From assembly GCA_964600575.1 (NCBI GenBank), contig CAZRJH010000002.1:124298-188297 (forward strand): a stretch of 64,000 nt of DNA. The letters run 5' to 3'. Positions within the stretch are counted from its first letter, which is position 1. Each line of letters begins with the position of its first letter. A program made the position numbers and the translations under genes. The notes under the pieces were generated by a model. The model was not told the origin of the DNA. It did no database searches and worked only from the letters and a program-made list of their open reading frames with translations. Of this stretch, positions 17,558-27,134 are shown one piece after another. The stretch is from an uncultured Gammaproteobacteria bacterium. Its GTDB lineage: Bacteria; Patescibacteriota; Microgenomatia; UBA8517.

Positions 17558-17914
17558 GTGTCAAACAAAATCAAGTTGGCCCCACTAGAAGGAATCCCCA
17601 ATAGAGAGTATGTATATTTTTCTTTGGTATTAATGATTGTTTCGGGTTTGATTTTTGTCATTATTAGAAGTTTTTTACCCCCGGTTGTCCCTTTCTTTTA
17701 TGGTAGCCCTATTGGCGAAAAACAGCTTGTTCCACAAATGGGGTTACTTTTAGCGCCATTGCTGTCGCTTGTAATTACAGTTTTTAATCTATTTTTAGCT
17801 TCCAAAATGCAAGATAAATTTGTTAAGCAGGTTTTGATTGCCGGGTCAGTATTGTTTTCACTTTTTATGGCAATTGCGTTTGTTAAAGTCGTTTTTTTGG
17901 TAGGTTTATTTTAA
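17558..17914 (+). CDS. Hypothetical 3-TM protein (DUF1648-like)
   Basis: LPPVVPFFYGSPIGEKQL between TM helices. Confidence 0.55.
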   Translation: MSNKIKLAPLEGIPNREYVYFSLVLMIVSGLIFVIIRSFLPPVVPFFYGSPIGEKQLVPQMGLLLAPLLSLVITVFNLFLASKMQDKFVKQVLIAGSVLFSLFMAIAFVKVVFLVGLF

Positions 17915-19029
17915 TGGTCAATTTAAGGCAAATTTTTTTAATACCCTGGCTTGTCGCCATAGCTGTTTCTTTCTTTGCCACCCCCCTTGTTATTAAATAC
18001 GCAAAAAAATTGGGCATAGTGGACGATCCAAAAAAGAACAAACACCCCAAAGTTATCCATACATACCCGATACCACGAGGCGGAGGAATTCCTATTTTTT
18101 TGGCGCTGATAGCCTGTATTCTTATGTTTCTACCCTTAGACAAACAGACAGTGGGGATAATTTTAGGAGCTACCCTTCTGGTTTTAATGGGTTTTTTGGA
18201 TGACAAACACAACCTCAACCCCTATTTAAGACTTATATTGGGTATTGTGGCCTCCCTTATTCCCGTTGCAGCAGGTATCGGAATATCGTTTATCTCAAAT
18301 CCCTTGACTGCTATGGGCATAAATAATCCTTTGGGAGGAATCATAGATTTAAGCACCCCCAGGTTGGATATTGTTCTTTTTGGGACTACACACAGCATTT
18401 GGATACTTAGTGATATTCTTGCGATTATTTGGATAACATTTTTAATGAATATTGTTAATATGGGTGCCAAAGGGGTGGATGGCCAGATGAGCGGAGTTAC
18501 TGTAGTTGCCGCACTGACAATAGCCTTCTTATCTCTCAGATATTCTGCGGATATAACCCAGTGGCCTGTAATAATATTGGCTGCAATAACTTCAGGAGCC
18601 TACTTAGGTTTTTTGCCGTGGCATATGTATCCACAAAAAATAATGCCTGGCTATGGCGGAAGCACACTTGCGGGGTATTTATTGGCAATTCTTTCTATAC
18701 TTTCAACAACCAAGGCTGGAGCACTAATGGTGGTTTTAGGTGTTCCTTTAATTGACACGGGTTATACAATAATCAGAAGAATTTTAGCAAAAAGATCACC
18801 TGTTTGGGGAGATAGAGGCCACCTTCATCATCGCCTTTTAGATATTGGAATGACAAAGCAGCAAGTTGCGGTTTTCTATTGGGTAATTACAGGCGTTCTT
18901 GGATTTCTAGCTCTTAATTTGAATACAGCAACCAAGGTCTATACAATGATAGGCATAGCGGCCATAATAGGAGGATTAATTTTGTGGTTAACATATCGAC
19001 CGAAAAATCAACAAAAAGAGAATCTATAA
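17914..19029 (+). CDS. WecA/TagO/MraY-family polyprenyl-phosphate sugar-1-phosphate transferase
   Basis: IHTYPIPRGGG, GFLDD, GVPLIDT, DRGHLHHRLL. Confidence 0.85.
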   Translation: MVNLRQIFLIPWLVAIAVSFFATPLVIKYAKKLGIVDDPKKNKHPKVIHTYPIPRGGGIPIFLALIACILMFLPLDKQTVGIILGATLLVLMGFLDDKHNLNPYLRLILGIVASLIPVAAGIGISFISNPLTAMGINNPLGGIIDLSTPRLDIVLFGTTHSIWILSDILAIIWITFLMNIVNMGAKGVDGQMSGVTVVAALTIAFLSLRYSADITQWPVIILAAITSGAYLGFLPWHMYPQKIMPGYGGSTLAGYLLAILSILSTTKAGALMVVLGVPLIDTGYTIIRRILAKRSPVWGDRGHLHHRLLDIGMTKQQVAVFYWVITGVLGFLALNLNTATKVYTMIGIAAIIGGLILWLTYRPKNQQKENL

Positions 19030-19955
19030 TATCCGCAGTCATAAAAGTAATGCGGCCAATTCATTGGGTCAAAAACCTATCACTTTTTGCCGCGATTCTT
19101 TTGACCGGTGAATTTTTTGATAGAGCTCAATTTGTAAATGTTTTTTGGGGATTTATTGCTTTCTGTTTTGCAACTTCGGCAACCTATATAATAAATGATG
19201 TTTTTGATGTAAAAAATGATAGACTCCACCCCACAAAACGTTTTAGACCGATAGCCTCCGGCAGTTTGCCTATTGCTTTAGCACTAGTTCAAGGGCTTGG
19301 CATGGCCGCCGTAGCTCTTTTTATGAGTGCTACTTTTAATTCAATTTTTTTCTTTCTGGTGATGGGATACCTTATACTTCAGCTTTTTTACAGCATATAC
19401 CTAAAAAACATAGCAATTTTGGATATTCTTATAATAGCCACAGGCTTTATCATCAGGGTTTACGCGGGAGCATTTGCAATTAATGCTCACCTATCTGTTT
19501 GGTTTCTACTTTGTGTAATTTCTACCGCACTTTTTCTTGCTTCGGGAAAAAGAAGAGCGGAGTTAAACTTGGCCCAAAATACGGCAAGTCTAACCAGAAA
19601 AAGTCTGGATAATTACAAAAAGGAACTTTTGAATTCGTTTGTAACCATGTTCGGAAATGCTGCATGGATGAGCTGGTCGCTTTTTACTTTTTTTGAAAGT
19701 CCTAAAGCAACCCTCCCCTTCTGGTTGGTGCTTGCAGAACTCAGTCGTACAACGACAATTGACAAACTCTTAATGATAACAATTCCTATCACTATTTTTG
19801 GAATAATGAGATATGAGTTTCTTATATTTGAAGGAAAAAGCGAAACCCCGGAAAGGTTACTTTTGACAGATAAGGCTCTTATTGCCGCTATCGGAATGTG
19901 GGTTTTTGTTGTGTATTGGGTTCTATATAGCGGGGTCTCTATATCAGGGATTTGA
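18984..19955 (+). CDS. UbiA-family decaprenyl-phosphate phosphoribosyltransferase-like protein
   Basis: RPIHWVKN, YIINDVFDVKNDRLHPTKRFRPIASG, LASGKRRAEL. Confidence 0.85.
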   Translation: MVNISTEKSTKRESIISAVIKVMRPIHWVKNLSLFAAILLTGEFFDRAQFVNVFWGFIAFCFATSATYIINDVFDVKNDRLHPTKRFRPIASGSLPIALALVQGLGMAAVALFMSATFNSIFFFLVMGYLILQLFYSIYLKNIAILDILIIATGFIIRVYAGAFAINAHLSVWFLLCVISTALFLASGKRRAELNLAQNTASLTRKSLDNYKKELLNSFVTMFGNAAWMSWSLFTFFESPKATLPFWLVLAELSRTTTIDKLLMITIPITIFGIMRYEFLIFEGKSETPERLLLTDKALIAAIGMWVFVVYWVLYSGVSISGI

Positions 19956-20825
19956 TGATGGCGGGCTTGCATCTTCACCGTTTTGGTCTACCACCTTGGC
20001 ATATTGTCCTGAAACCCAACCCGTTATCCCGTTGGGCAGCCCGGGTTTTGGATCATCATATTGAATCTTTAACCAGCCGCTGGCGTCATCTTTCTGTAAA
20101 AACGGATATTTACTTCCAGGTTTAACTTCTGCTATTTCATCTCCATCCGACCCGGGAGCTGTTCTTACCCTTAAAAAACCTGTTGGGGTTTTTAAAACTT
20201 CTACAAAAAGACCCGAAGATGGTGTTGGCGTGGGAACTGCCTCAGTAAGCGGCTCGCTCGATTTGGAAAGTTTGGCGTAAACAGTAAGTCTTAAACCGTC
20301 AGCAACATTTAGTGTTATAGACCGATCCGTATACCCCGGTGATTTTATTGTTATCAAATGAGCCGCGGGTGAAATAACCGAGTTTTTATACGGAGAGAAC
20401 CCTCTCGGTACACCATCTAGGGATATTTGGGCATTGTCAGGTGTAGTAACCACAACCAAACTCGTCTCACCTGTGGAAATTTTGTCATAAGAAATGATGT
20501 CCCCGGCAGAAGATTCTTCCGATTCTCCAAATTCTCTTCTTACAAGGGTTTCTATTCCGGTAACTAAGTTTATTTTTGTTTCGAAGGGTTGCAATTTAGA
20601 GTTACCCTCAGGAACCAGTTTTATTGTTATTTCACCTTCATCGTGAGAGATCTTAAGCGGAGTTCTACCTAAAAAAGCACCGTTTACATAAACACTGGAT
20701 TCAGGGCTAGTTTTGACATTCAATCCGGCGGGCTTGGGTTTTGTGATACCCAACACAAAAAACAATGTCCCAACCAGAAAGAGTATCGAAAAAAGTAAAA
20801 TTAACCAGGTTTTCAGATTCTTCAT
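19944..20825 (-). CDS. PEGA-domain protein with C-terminal SH3b domain
   Basis: TM anchor; two PEGA-like repeats (VYVNGAFLGRTP, ISLDGVPRGFSP); FLRVRTAPG...GWLKI...GWVSGQY. Confidence 0.8.
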   Translation of the reverse strand: MKNLKTWLILLFSILFLVGTLFFVLGITKPKPAGLNVKTSPESSVYVNGAFLGRTPLKISHDEGEITIKLVPEGNSKLQPFETKINLVTGIETLVRREFGESEESSAGDIISYDKISTGETSLVVVTTPDNAQISLDGVPRGFSPYKNSVISPAAHLITIKSPGYTDRSITLNVADGLRLTVYAKLSKSSEPLTEAVPTPTPSSGLFVEVLKTPTGFLRVRTAPGSDGDEIAEVKPGSKYPFLQKDDASGWLKIQYDDPKPGLPNGITGWVSGQYAKVVDQNGEDASPPSSNP

Positions 20826-20855
20826 ACGCCCGAGTTTATCAAAGCCAATGGGGTC

Positions 20856-20914
20856 TTGACAACCAAAAGTTAATAAAATATTATAAATTAGCACTCAGTT
20901 AGTATGAGTGCCAG
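20856..20914 (+). promoter_or_regulatory. Sigma70 promoter plus CIRCE (HrcA operator) upstream of hsp20
   Basis: TTGACA-17-TATTAT (20856-20884); TTAGCACTC-N9-GAGTGCCAG (20888-20914). Confidence 0.88.
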
Positions 20915-20931
20915 AAAGGAGGTGAGAAAAT

Positions 20932-21330
20932 ATGTCTATAGTAAGATTTGACCCAGCAAGAAACATTTTTTCCTTGCCTAGATGGGCAGAGGAGGATGAC
21001 GGCTTCTTTGGAACACAAAGAGGTCTAAAAATCCACGAGACAGAAAAAAGTCTTGTTGTAGAAGCTGTAGTTGCAGGTGTTCCCGCAGACAATGTTGAGG
21101 TAAACATAGAAGACGGAGTCCTAACAATCAAGGCTGAGTCTGTCAAAGCGGAAAAGGCTAAAGATGAAATTAGGTCATCTAGCTATCAATACTACTACAC
21201 TGCCGCGCTAAGTGGCGGTGAATGGCAAAAAACAGAAGCCGAGGTTAAACACGGGGTAGTGTTTGTAACAATACCCAAAGCGGAAGCGGCAAAACCTAAA
21301 AAGGTTACTGTTAAAGCCACGGGGAAATAA
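20932..21330 (+). CDS. Hsp20/alpha-crystallin small heat shock protein
   Basis: SD AGGAGGTG; VEAVVAGVPADNVEVNIEDGVLTIKAE...HGVVFVTIPK. Confidence 0.88.
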   Translation: MSIVRFDPARNIFSLPRWAEEDDGFFGTQRGLKIHETEKSLVVEAVVAGVPADNVEVNIEDGVLTIKAESVKAEKAKDEIRSSSYQYYYTAALSGGEWQKTEAEVKHGVVFVTIPKAEAAKPKKVTVKATGK

Positions 21331-21400
21331 TAAACTCGCGCATGATTTATGCCTAAATAGTTTTGTAATGAGTAAGGTAATAGGCTAAAATAGTGTTTCC

Positions 21401-21472
21401 GGCCAGATGGCGAAGTGGAAACGCTGCGGTCTGCAAAACCGCCATGCGCGGGTTCGATTCCCGCTCTGGCCT
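21401..21472 (+). tRNA. tRNA-Cys(GCA), CCA not encoded
   Basis: GGCCAGA/TCTGGCC acceptor stem, anticodon arm GCGGT-CTGCAAA-ACCGC, T-loop GGTTCGATTCC, discriminator U. Confidence 0.95.
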
Positions 21473-21550
21473 CTCGTAAACTCGAGTCCGAGTCGTAATC
21501 GATAATGCTTTAAAAGGACTTTGTTGCATGGCGATTCCCGCTCTGGCCTC
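21455..21550 (+). repeat. 19-bp direct repeat of tRNA-Cys 3' end (att-like)
   Basis: CGATTCCCGCTCTGGCCTC at 21455-21473 and 21532-21550. Confidence 0.9.
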
Positions 21551-21587
21551 AAATAATGTAATTAGTGATACAATAAAATAAACTTCA

Positions 21588-22394
21588 ATGAAAAAATATT
21601 TAATATTAATTTTGGTCATAGGTTGCCTTGTGTTCGCTTCAAAAATCAATGCACAATCACTCCCTTTTGAACGCGCATACCAGGATTATCAATACAATAG
21701 AACTATCTATGATCAGTCATACACCGACTACCAAAACACAAAAAACGCCTACGCAGTTAATCCGACTTTGAATCTTAAAGATGAAGCTAAACAAAAAGCT
21801 TTAGCGATGCTTAGAAACAGAGATCAGCTGACGGTTGTTTATTTAACCGCGCTTAGGGCAAATCTTTCCGAACAACCCGGCCTTGAAGGTCCTGTAAGGG
21901 ATAACATTTACACCAAGTTGGACGGTGAAGTAGCTTGGTATTCTAACCACAAAACAAATTACAAAGAAGAAGATTCTATTGAAGTATTATTTACAAAAAA
22001 TGATGAGGTTAAGGCTAGATATAATTCAAAAACAATACTAATAATCGACGAGTCGTTATTTGATATAACTTTAGGTCAAGAAAAAACTTTACGACAACAA
22101 CACGAACAGGTTTATGCCACATTAAGAGGACTTATAGACCAAGGAGTGGCTGCAGGTAAACTAACCCTTAACCCGTTCAACCACTGGCTAACAGACATTG
22201 ACGCCACCATTAAAACACTAAAGGCCAACGAAGAAAAGGGTTTGGCACAAATCCAAGTAATTTACACACAAACATATTCTCCCGATAGTGATTTTGACAC
22301 CGCAATGCAAACACTGTCTCAATCGGTTAAGCCTTTGTCTCAATTCAATCAATTTTTAACGGAAATATCCGCATATATTCAAAACCAACAATGA
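21588..22394 (+). CDS. Secreted alpha-helical hypothetical protein
   Basis: Signal peptide (..INA-Q); helical, Tyr/Gln-rich. Confidence 0.7.
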   Translation: MKKYLILILVIGCLVFASKINAQSLPFERAYQDYQYNRTIYDQSYTDYQNTKNAYAVNPTLNLKDEAKQKALAMLRNRDQLTVVYLTALRANLSEQPGLEGPVRDNIYTKLDGEVAWYSNHKTNYKEEDSIEVLFTKNDEVKARYNSKTILIIDESLFDITLGQEKTLRQQHEQVYATLRGLIDQGVAAGKLTLNPFNHWLTDIDATIKTLKANEEKGLAQIQVIYTQTYSPDSDFDTAMQTLSQSVKPLSQFNQFLTEISAYIQNQQ

Positions 22395-22858
22395 ACCCAA
22401 ATCAGCCAGACCAACACAACGAGCCGCAAACGCCAATCCAACCTCAAGTTGGTTCAAATGCGTTGAACAATACCCCCGCACCAAAAAGTTCAATAAAAAT
22501 CCCCGGTAAGGAATTTATTACTAACCTTGTTGCTAAGTTGCCTACCCCCTTACAGGATGTTTTATACAAGTTCTACGCCAACAAAATGATCTTTTGGACT
22601 ATCACAATATTGTTTGGCCTTATGTTTGTTATTATTATTCTTGGTGTATTGTTTGGTTCGGCAGGCACTCCACAGCCAGTTAAAACAGCACCTAAGCCTA
22701 CTCCATATTTAAATACTCAACCCACGGCTTCTCCTAGCGGAAATGTTTTACAACAAACACAGTTCCAACTTTCTGCGTTAAAAGACAAGATAAATGCCCT
22801 AGATGTTAGACAAAGTCCGCTTAAACCACCTCCTTTTAACTTTGACATCAAGTTCTAA
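22391..22858 (+). CDS. Single-TM hypothetical protein with P/Q-rich N-terminus
   Basis: ATGA overlap; TM at about aa 66-88; coiled coil and Pro-rich tail. Confidence 0.65.
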   Translation: MNPNQPDQHNEPQTPIQPQVGSNALNNTPAPKSSIKIPGKEFITNLVAKLPTPLQDVLYKFYANKMIFWTITILFGLMFVIIILGVLFGSAGTPQPVKTAPKPTPYLNTQPTASPSGNVLQQTQFQLSALKDKINALDVRQSPLKPPPFNFDIKF

Positions 22859-22965
22859 GTAGCCTCATAAAACTTGACTTTGAGGCTTTTCATACTATAA
22901 AATTGCGTCTTCCCGCGTTCTGCGGGATTTTTTGTGAGCTCGGCACGGGCAAAATCGTGCCCAAG

Positions 22966-23640
22966 ATGAAAAAATTAAGCTTAGAGCTGCCCAAGTACCG
23001 CCTTCAGGTACACCTCAAGTTAGTTCGAAGGCGTAAACCTCTAGTGGAAGAACCGATTTTACCCAGCCTCGGAACAGTTAAGAAAAAATACAAATCAGGC
23101 AGCCTCATCGGTAGATATTTCAGGCACGTTTTTGAACACAAAAACATACGCAAGGTTTTTGGCGGTGGTTTAGCCTTATTTATCGTCGGCTCATCTTTTA
23201 TCCCCCAAACCTCGGTTATAGCTCAAGAACCAGAAGAAGAAGTAATTGTTCAGGCGCAAACCAGCCTGATTACCGAAAAAAGTCTTCAAAATCCGCTTTC
23301 TTACATGAAAGTTAACCAAAATTATAGCTACTTTCACCCAGGTCTCGATCTTGGTGGTCCTGTAGGGCTGCCTATAAAGTCGGTTAAACCGGGAAAGGTT
23401 GTATTTGCCGGCTACTCAACAGATGGATACGGGAATAATGTAGTTATAAATCACGGAGACGGCCTGATTTCACTTTATGCGCATATGTCCAAAATTGATG
23501 TCAAAGACGGCCAGGAGATTGCCATGAACACTCAAATTGGCCTTGTAGGAAAAACAGGACGTGCCACAGGGCCGCATTTACATCTGGAAATAAGATTAGA
23601 GGGCAGAAACATTAATCCTCAGACTTTTTTGAATCGTTAA
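22966..23640 (+). CDS. M23 family metallopeptidase
   Basis: HPGLDLG, GYGNNVVINHG, YAHMS, TGRATGPHLHLEIR. Confidence 0.92.
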   Translation: MKKLSLELPKYRLQVHLKLVRRRKPLVEEPILPSLGTVKKKYKSGSLIGRYFRHVFEHKNIRKVFGGGLALFIVGSSFIPQTSVIAQEPEEEVIVQAQTSLITEKSLQNPLSYMKVNQNYSYFHPGLDLGGPVGLPIKSVKPGKVVFAGYSTDGYGNNVVINHGDGLISLYAHMSKIDVKDGQEIAMNTQIGLVGKTGRATGPHLHLEIRLEGRNINPQTFLNR

Positions 23641-24224
23641 TCCAAACTTCGCCATAAGTACCAGCAAGCCACGGTTCTGAACGGCTGCCAACGTTTGGAA
23701 AACTCCAACATATCTTTAGACTTTAGTGTCTTACCTGTTACTTTTTCGAATCCTTTTCTGATCCCAAGATCGTCCGTTGGGAAAATATCGACTCTCCCCA
23801 GAGAAAACATTAAAAACATCTGGGCTGTCCATAGACCAATTCCTTTAACCGCCACCATTTCTTTAATTACTTCCTCATCTGACAATTTGTCCAGCTTTTT
23901 GGTCTGAAGCTCGCCCGACTTTGTTTTTTCTGCTAAGTCTTTTACAAAAGACACCTTTCCCCAACTCATACCGGCGTTTCTTAGGTCTTGAGGGTCTGTT
24001 TTTAATATAGCCTCGGGTGTAACCTCTCCGCCAACTGCCAGCTTAAACCTGGAAAATATAGTGTCCGCAGCTTTACCTGATAACTGTTGTCCTACGATAT
24101 TAGAACAAATATCTTCGAAGTAGTCACTGTGTTTGCTTATTTTAATAGCACAACTTCCCCATTTTTTAACTAAAGGCGCTATATATTTATCTTTTTGAAG
24201 AAAATTTTCCGCTTCTTGCCACAT
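23637..24224 (-). CDS. DNA-3-methyladenine glycosylase II (AlkA/HhH-GPD)
   Basis: IVGQQLS, VKGIGLWTAQMFLMFSLGRVDIFPTDDLG, WQPFRT. Confidence 0.9.
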   Translation of the reverse strand: MWQEAENFLQKDKYIAPLVKKWGSCAIKISKHSDYFEDICSNIVGQQLSGKAADTIFSRFKLAVGGEVTPEAILKTDPQDLRNAGMSWGKVSFVKDLAEKTKSGELQTKKLDKLSDEEVIKEMVAVKGIGLWTAQMFLMFSLGRVDIFPTDDLGIRKGFEKVTGKTLKSKDMLEFSKRWQPFRTVACWYLWRSLD

Positions 24225-24281
24225 ACTGTGGTTTATTTTGTCGTATGTGTGCCAAAAGGCATTATATACGAAGTAAACTTC

Positions 24282-25910
24282 TTAATAATCCATTCCACCC
24301 ATTCCACCTGGCGGCATACCGGGTTCTTTCTTTTCTTCCGGAATATCTGTTACAAGTCCTTCGGTGGTAAGAACCATCATTGCAACGCTTGCAGCATTTT
24401 GAAGAGCGCTCCTGGTAACTTTAACGGGGTCAATAATTCCAAACTTAGTCATTGATCCAAAGTTGCCGTTCATTGCGTTGTAGCCAAAATCAGAGTCTTT
24501 TGATTCGGATACTTTCTTTAAAACATCATCGTCGTTGTCTCCCGCATTTTTTGCCAACCATCTAATAGGTTCTTCGAGAGCGTCAAATACTATATCTACT
24601 CCAACCTGTTCGTCACCTTTTTCTACTTTAAGTCCTTTTAGAACTGTTCTAGCTCTAAGAAGTGCTGTTTCTCCTCCGGGTACTATTCCTTCTTCTACAG
24701 CGGCTTTTGTTGCACCAACTGCATCTTTAACTCTTTCTTTTTTGTCGTTAAGCTCAACTTCTGTTGCTGCGCCTACATTGATCTGAGCAACGCCGCCAGA
24801 AAGTTTTGCCAATCTTTCTTCCAGTTTTTCCCTATCAAAGTCTGAATCTACTGCTGCAATTTGTTTTTTGATTGAGGCAATTCTAGCCTCTATTACACCT
24901 TTATCACCTTTGCCGCCAATTATTCTTGTGTTGTCTTTATCTGCCCAAACTTTGTCTGCTCTTCCAAGGTCTGTAACTTCTATTGACTCAAAATTGCGAC
25001 CCGTGTCTTCGGAAATAACTGTTCCGCCTGTAAGTGCCGCAATATCCTCCAACATCTCTTTTCTTCTGTCACCAAAGCCGGGTGCTTTTATTGCCAAAAC
25101 ATTGAAAGTGCCTCTGAGTTTATTTAAAACTAAAGTTGCCAAAGCTTCACCTTCTATTTCGTCTGCCAAGATAACAAGGCTTTTACTAACCTTTACAAAC
25201 TTCTCCAAAAAAGGAAGAAGGTCCTGAATTGATGTTATCTTTTTGTCTGTAATCAATATGTACGGGTTTTCTATCTCGGATTCCATTTTGTCGGGATTTG
25301 TAACCATATAGGCAGATGCATAACCTCTGTCAAATTCCATTCCTTCTTTGTATTCGATATCGATTGTTAAGCCTTTGCCTTCTTCTACAGTAACGACACC
25401 GTCTCTGCCAACTTTATTAAGGGCTTCTGCGATTTTTTCTCCGATCGATTCTTCCCCTGCAGAGATAGTGGCTACTTGGGTAATTTCGTCTTCACCTTTT
25501 ATTGGTTTGGCCATTTTCTTAAGCTCCAAAACTACCGCTTCAACAGCTTTTTCCATTCCTTTTTTAATAATCATAGGATTCGAACCTGCATCCACCTTTT
25601 TCATTCCTTTTGAAGTAAGAACTTGAGCCAAGAGGGTCGAGGTCGTTGTGCCGTCACCGGCATTATCGTTAGTTTTGTTAGCTGCTTCTTTAACCAATTG
25701 AGCACCCATATTTTGAAACGGATCCGGTAGGTCTATTTCTTTAGCAACCGACACGCCGTCATGAACAATACTTGGTGCTCCCCATTTTTTATCAAGTGCA
25801 ATATTTCTTCCTTTTGGACCAAGTGTAGTAACAACAGCTTTGGCAACGGTATCAATTCCCGTCATCAAAGCTTCCCGTGCATCTTTTCCGAATTTAAGTT
25901 GTTTTGCCAT
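24282..25910 (-). CDS. groL: Chaperonin GroEL
   Basis: [31 protein letters not shown] tail. Confidence 0.98.
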   Translation of the reverse strand: MAKQLKFGKDAREALMTGIDTVAKAVVTTLGPKGRNIALDKKWGAPSIVHDGVSVAKEIDLPDPFQNMGAQLVKEAANKTNDNAGDGTTTSTLLAQVLTSKGMKKVDAGSNPMIIKKGMEKAVEAVVLELKKMAKPIKGEDEITQVATISAGEESIGEKIAEALNKVGRDGVVTVEEGKGLTIDIEYKEGMEFDRGYASAYMVTNPDKMESEIENPYILITDKKITSIQDLLPFLEKFVKVSKSLVILADEIEGEALATLVLNKLRGTFNVLAIKAPGFGDRRKEMLEDIAALTGGTVISEDTGRNFESIEVTDLGRADKVWADKDNTRIIGGKGDKGVIEARIASIKKQIAAVDSDFDREKLEERLAKLSGGVAQINVGAATEVELNDKKERVKDAVGATKAAVEEGIVPGGETALLRARTVLKGLKVEKGDEQVGVDIVFDALEEPIRWLAKNAGDNDDDVLKKVSESKDSDFGYNAMNGNFGSMTKFGIIDPVKVTRSALQNAASVAMMVLTTEGLVTDIPEEKKEPGMPPGGMGGMDY

Positions 25911-25912
25911 AT

Positions 25913-26206
25913 TTATGATTCTACTGCCATTACATCTTCAAATTTAACAAACAAGTATTCTTTACCCTCTATCTTAATTTCATTGCCTCCCCATTTTTTG
26001 TAAAAGACGACTTCGTTAACTTTTGCAGGAGACTCAATTTTTTGGCCATCTTGATAAGAAACAGGGCCAGAAGCCAACACTTTTCCCTTTTGCGGTTTTT
26101 CTGTGGAAGTGTCCGGAAGATAAATACCCGATGCCGTTTTTGTTGCAGCCTCAACGGGTTCAATTAGTAAATATCCAGCTGTCGGTCTTAAATTTAATTT
26201 TGCCAT
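25913..26206 (-). CDS. groES: Co-chaperonin GroES
   Basis: [23 protein letters not shown]; upstream of groL. Confidence 0.96.
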   Translation of the reverse strand: MAKLNLRPTAGYLLIEPVEAATKTASGIYLPDTSTEKPQKGKVLASGPVSYQDGQKIESPAKVNEVVFYKKWGGNEIKIEGKEYLFVKFEDVMAVES

Positions 26207-26228
26207 AAAACTTGTTATTAACTTTTAC

Positions 26229-26282
26229 TTAGCATTCAAAATAACTGAGTGCTATTTTATTAATTGAAAACACCACTGTCAA
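26229..26282 (-). promoter_or_regulatory. Sigma70 promoter plus CIRCE upstream of groESL
   Basis: TTAGCATTC-N9-GAGTGCTAT (26229-26255); minus-strand TTGACA(26282-26277)-17-TAAAAT(26259-26254). Confidence 0.88.
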
Positions 26283-27133
26283 GAGGAAAGCCTTGTTTCT
26301 ACAAACTTTCCCCAATCCTGAGGATGAAATAATGCTATGTCACTTTTAACAACTTCCCTGGTTATTTTTTTAGCCATATGTCTAAACTGAGCTTTAAAAA
26401 GAAAGTTTTCTAACCATGCGGATAATTTATTATTCTTTGTTTTAATACTCGAGTCATTTATTTTTTTAATTTTCACCGAATTTGGCCAAAAATTAAGCAC
26501 CCACTTATTTTGATATAAAAACTTTTCGTAAGTTTTGTTTCTCGAGAACAAAGGTTTAATTTGTGCTATTTCATGAGCCGTATAAAAATTCTTGGAATAT
26601 TTCCAGTTCATATTATTTTCGGTCAACCACATGTTTAGACATATCTTATCCTTCTGATCGGAGTCTCCCGAATGCCTTATTTTAATTCCCAATAATGGCA
26701 GTATCAAAAGTGAAGCGGCTCTTGTGGTCCAAAGACTTTCGTTTTTGGTGATAATCAAAAAATCGATATCTCCATCCTCTGTGGCGTTATCCATGGCAAG
26801 TGAACCCGTTAGGCCTATCATTCTAACCCCGGGCATCTTGGAAAGAATCAGAGCTGCTTTTTTTGCAAGCTTTACTTTTTTAACAGATATTCTCTTTCTT
26901 AAGCTTTTTTTATAAACCAAACCTTCTTTGCCGTTAATAAAAACATGTCCGTTTCTAACCAATATTTCCTTTTCGACAACGGGAGAGCTTTCCACAGCTC
27001 GCCATCTTATGAGGTCTGCAAAATCCAGAGGATAATCAAAAACATCGTGATACAACACCGAAAGTTTTTCGCCGTTTGTGAGTTTTTCGCTTGTGACTCC
27101 ACCCTTAACGTTTAATGAGTATAAATTTAACAT
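26279..27133 (-). CDS. Pol-beta-like nucleotidyltransferase-domain protein
   Basis: GLTGSLA...GDIDFLII (GS + DxD) motif; YHDVFDYPL N-terminus. Confidence 0.65.
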   Translation of the reverse strand: MLNLYSLNVKGGVTSEKLTNGEKLSVLYHDVFDYPLDFADLIRWRAVESSPVVEKEILVRNGHVFINGKEGLVYKKSLRKRISVKKVKLAKKAALILSKMPGVRMIGLTGSLAMDNATEDGDIDFLIITKNESLWTTRAASLLILPLLGIKIRHSGDSDQKDKICLNMWLTENNMNWKYSKNFYTAHEIAQIKPLFSRNKTYEKFLYQNKWVLNFWPNSVKIKKINDSSIKTKNNKLSAWLENFLFKAQFRHMAKKITREVVKSDIALFHPQDWGKFVETRLSS

Positions 27134-27134
27134 T

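Noticed and set aside
21353-21649. 98-aa minus-strand ORF
   Set aside because: Antisense shadow of tRNA-Cys
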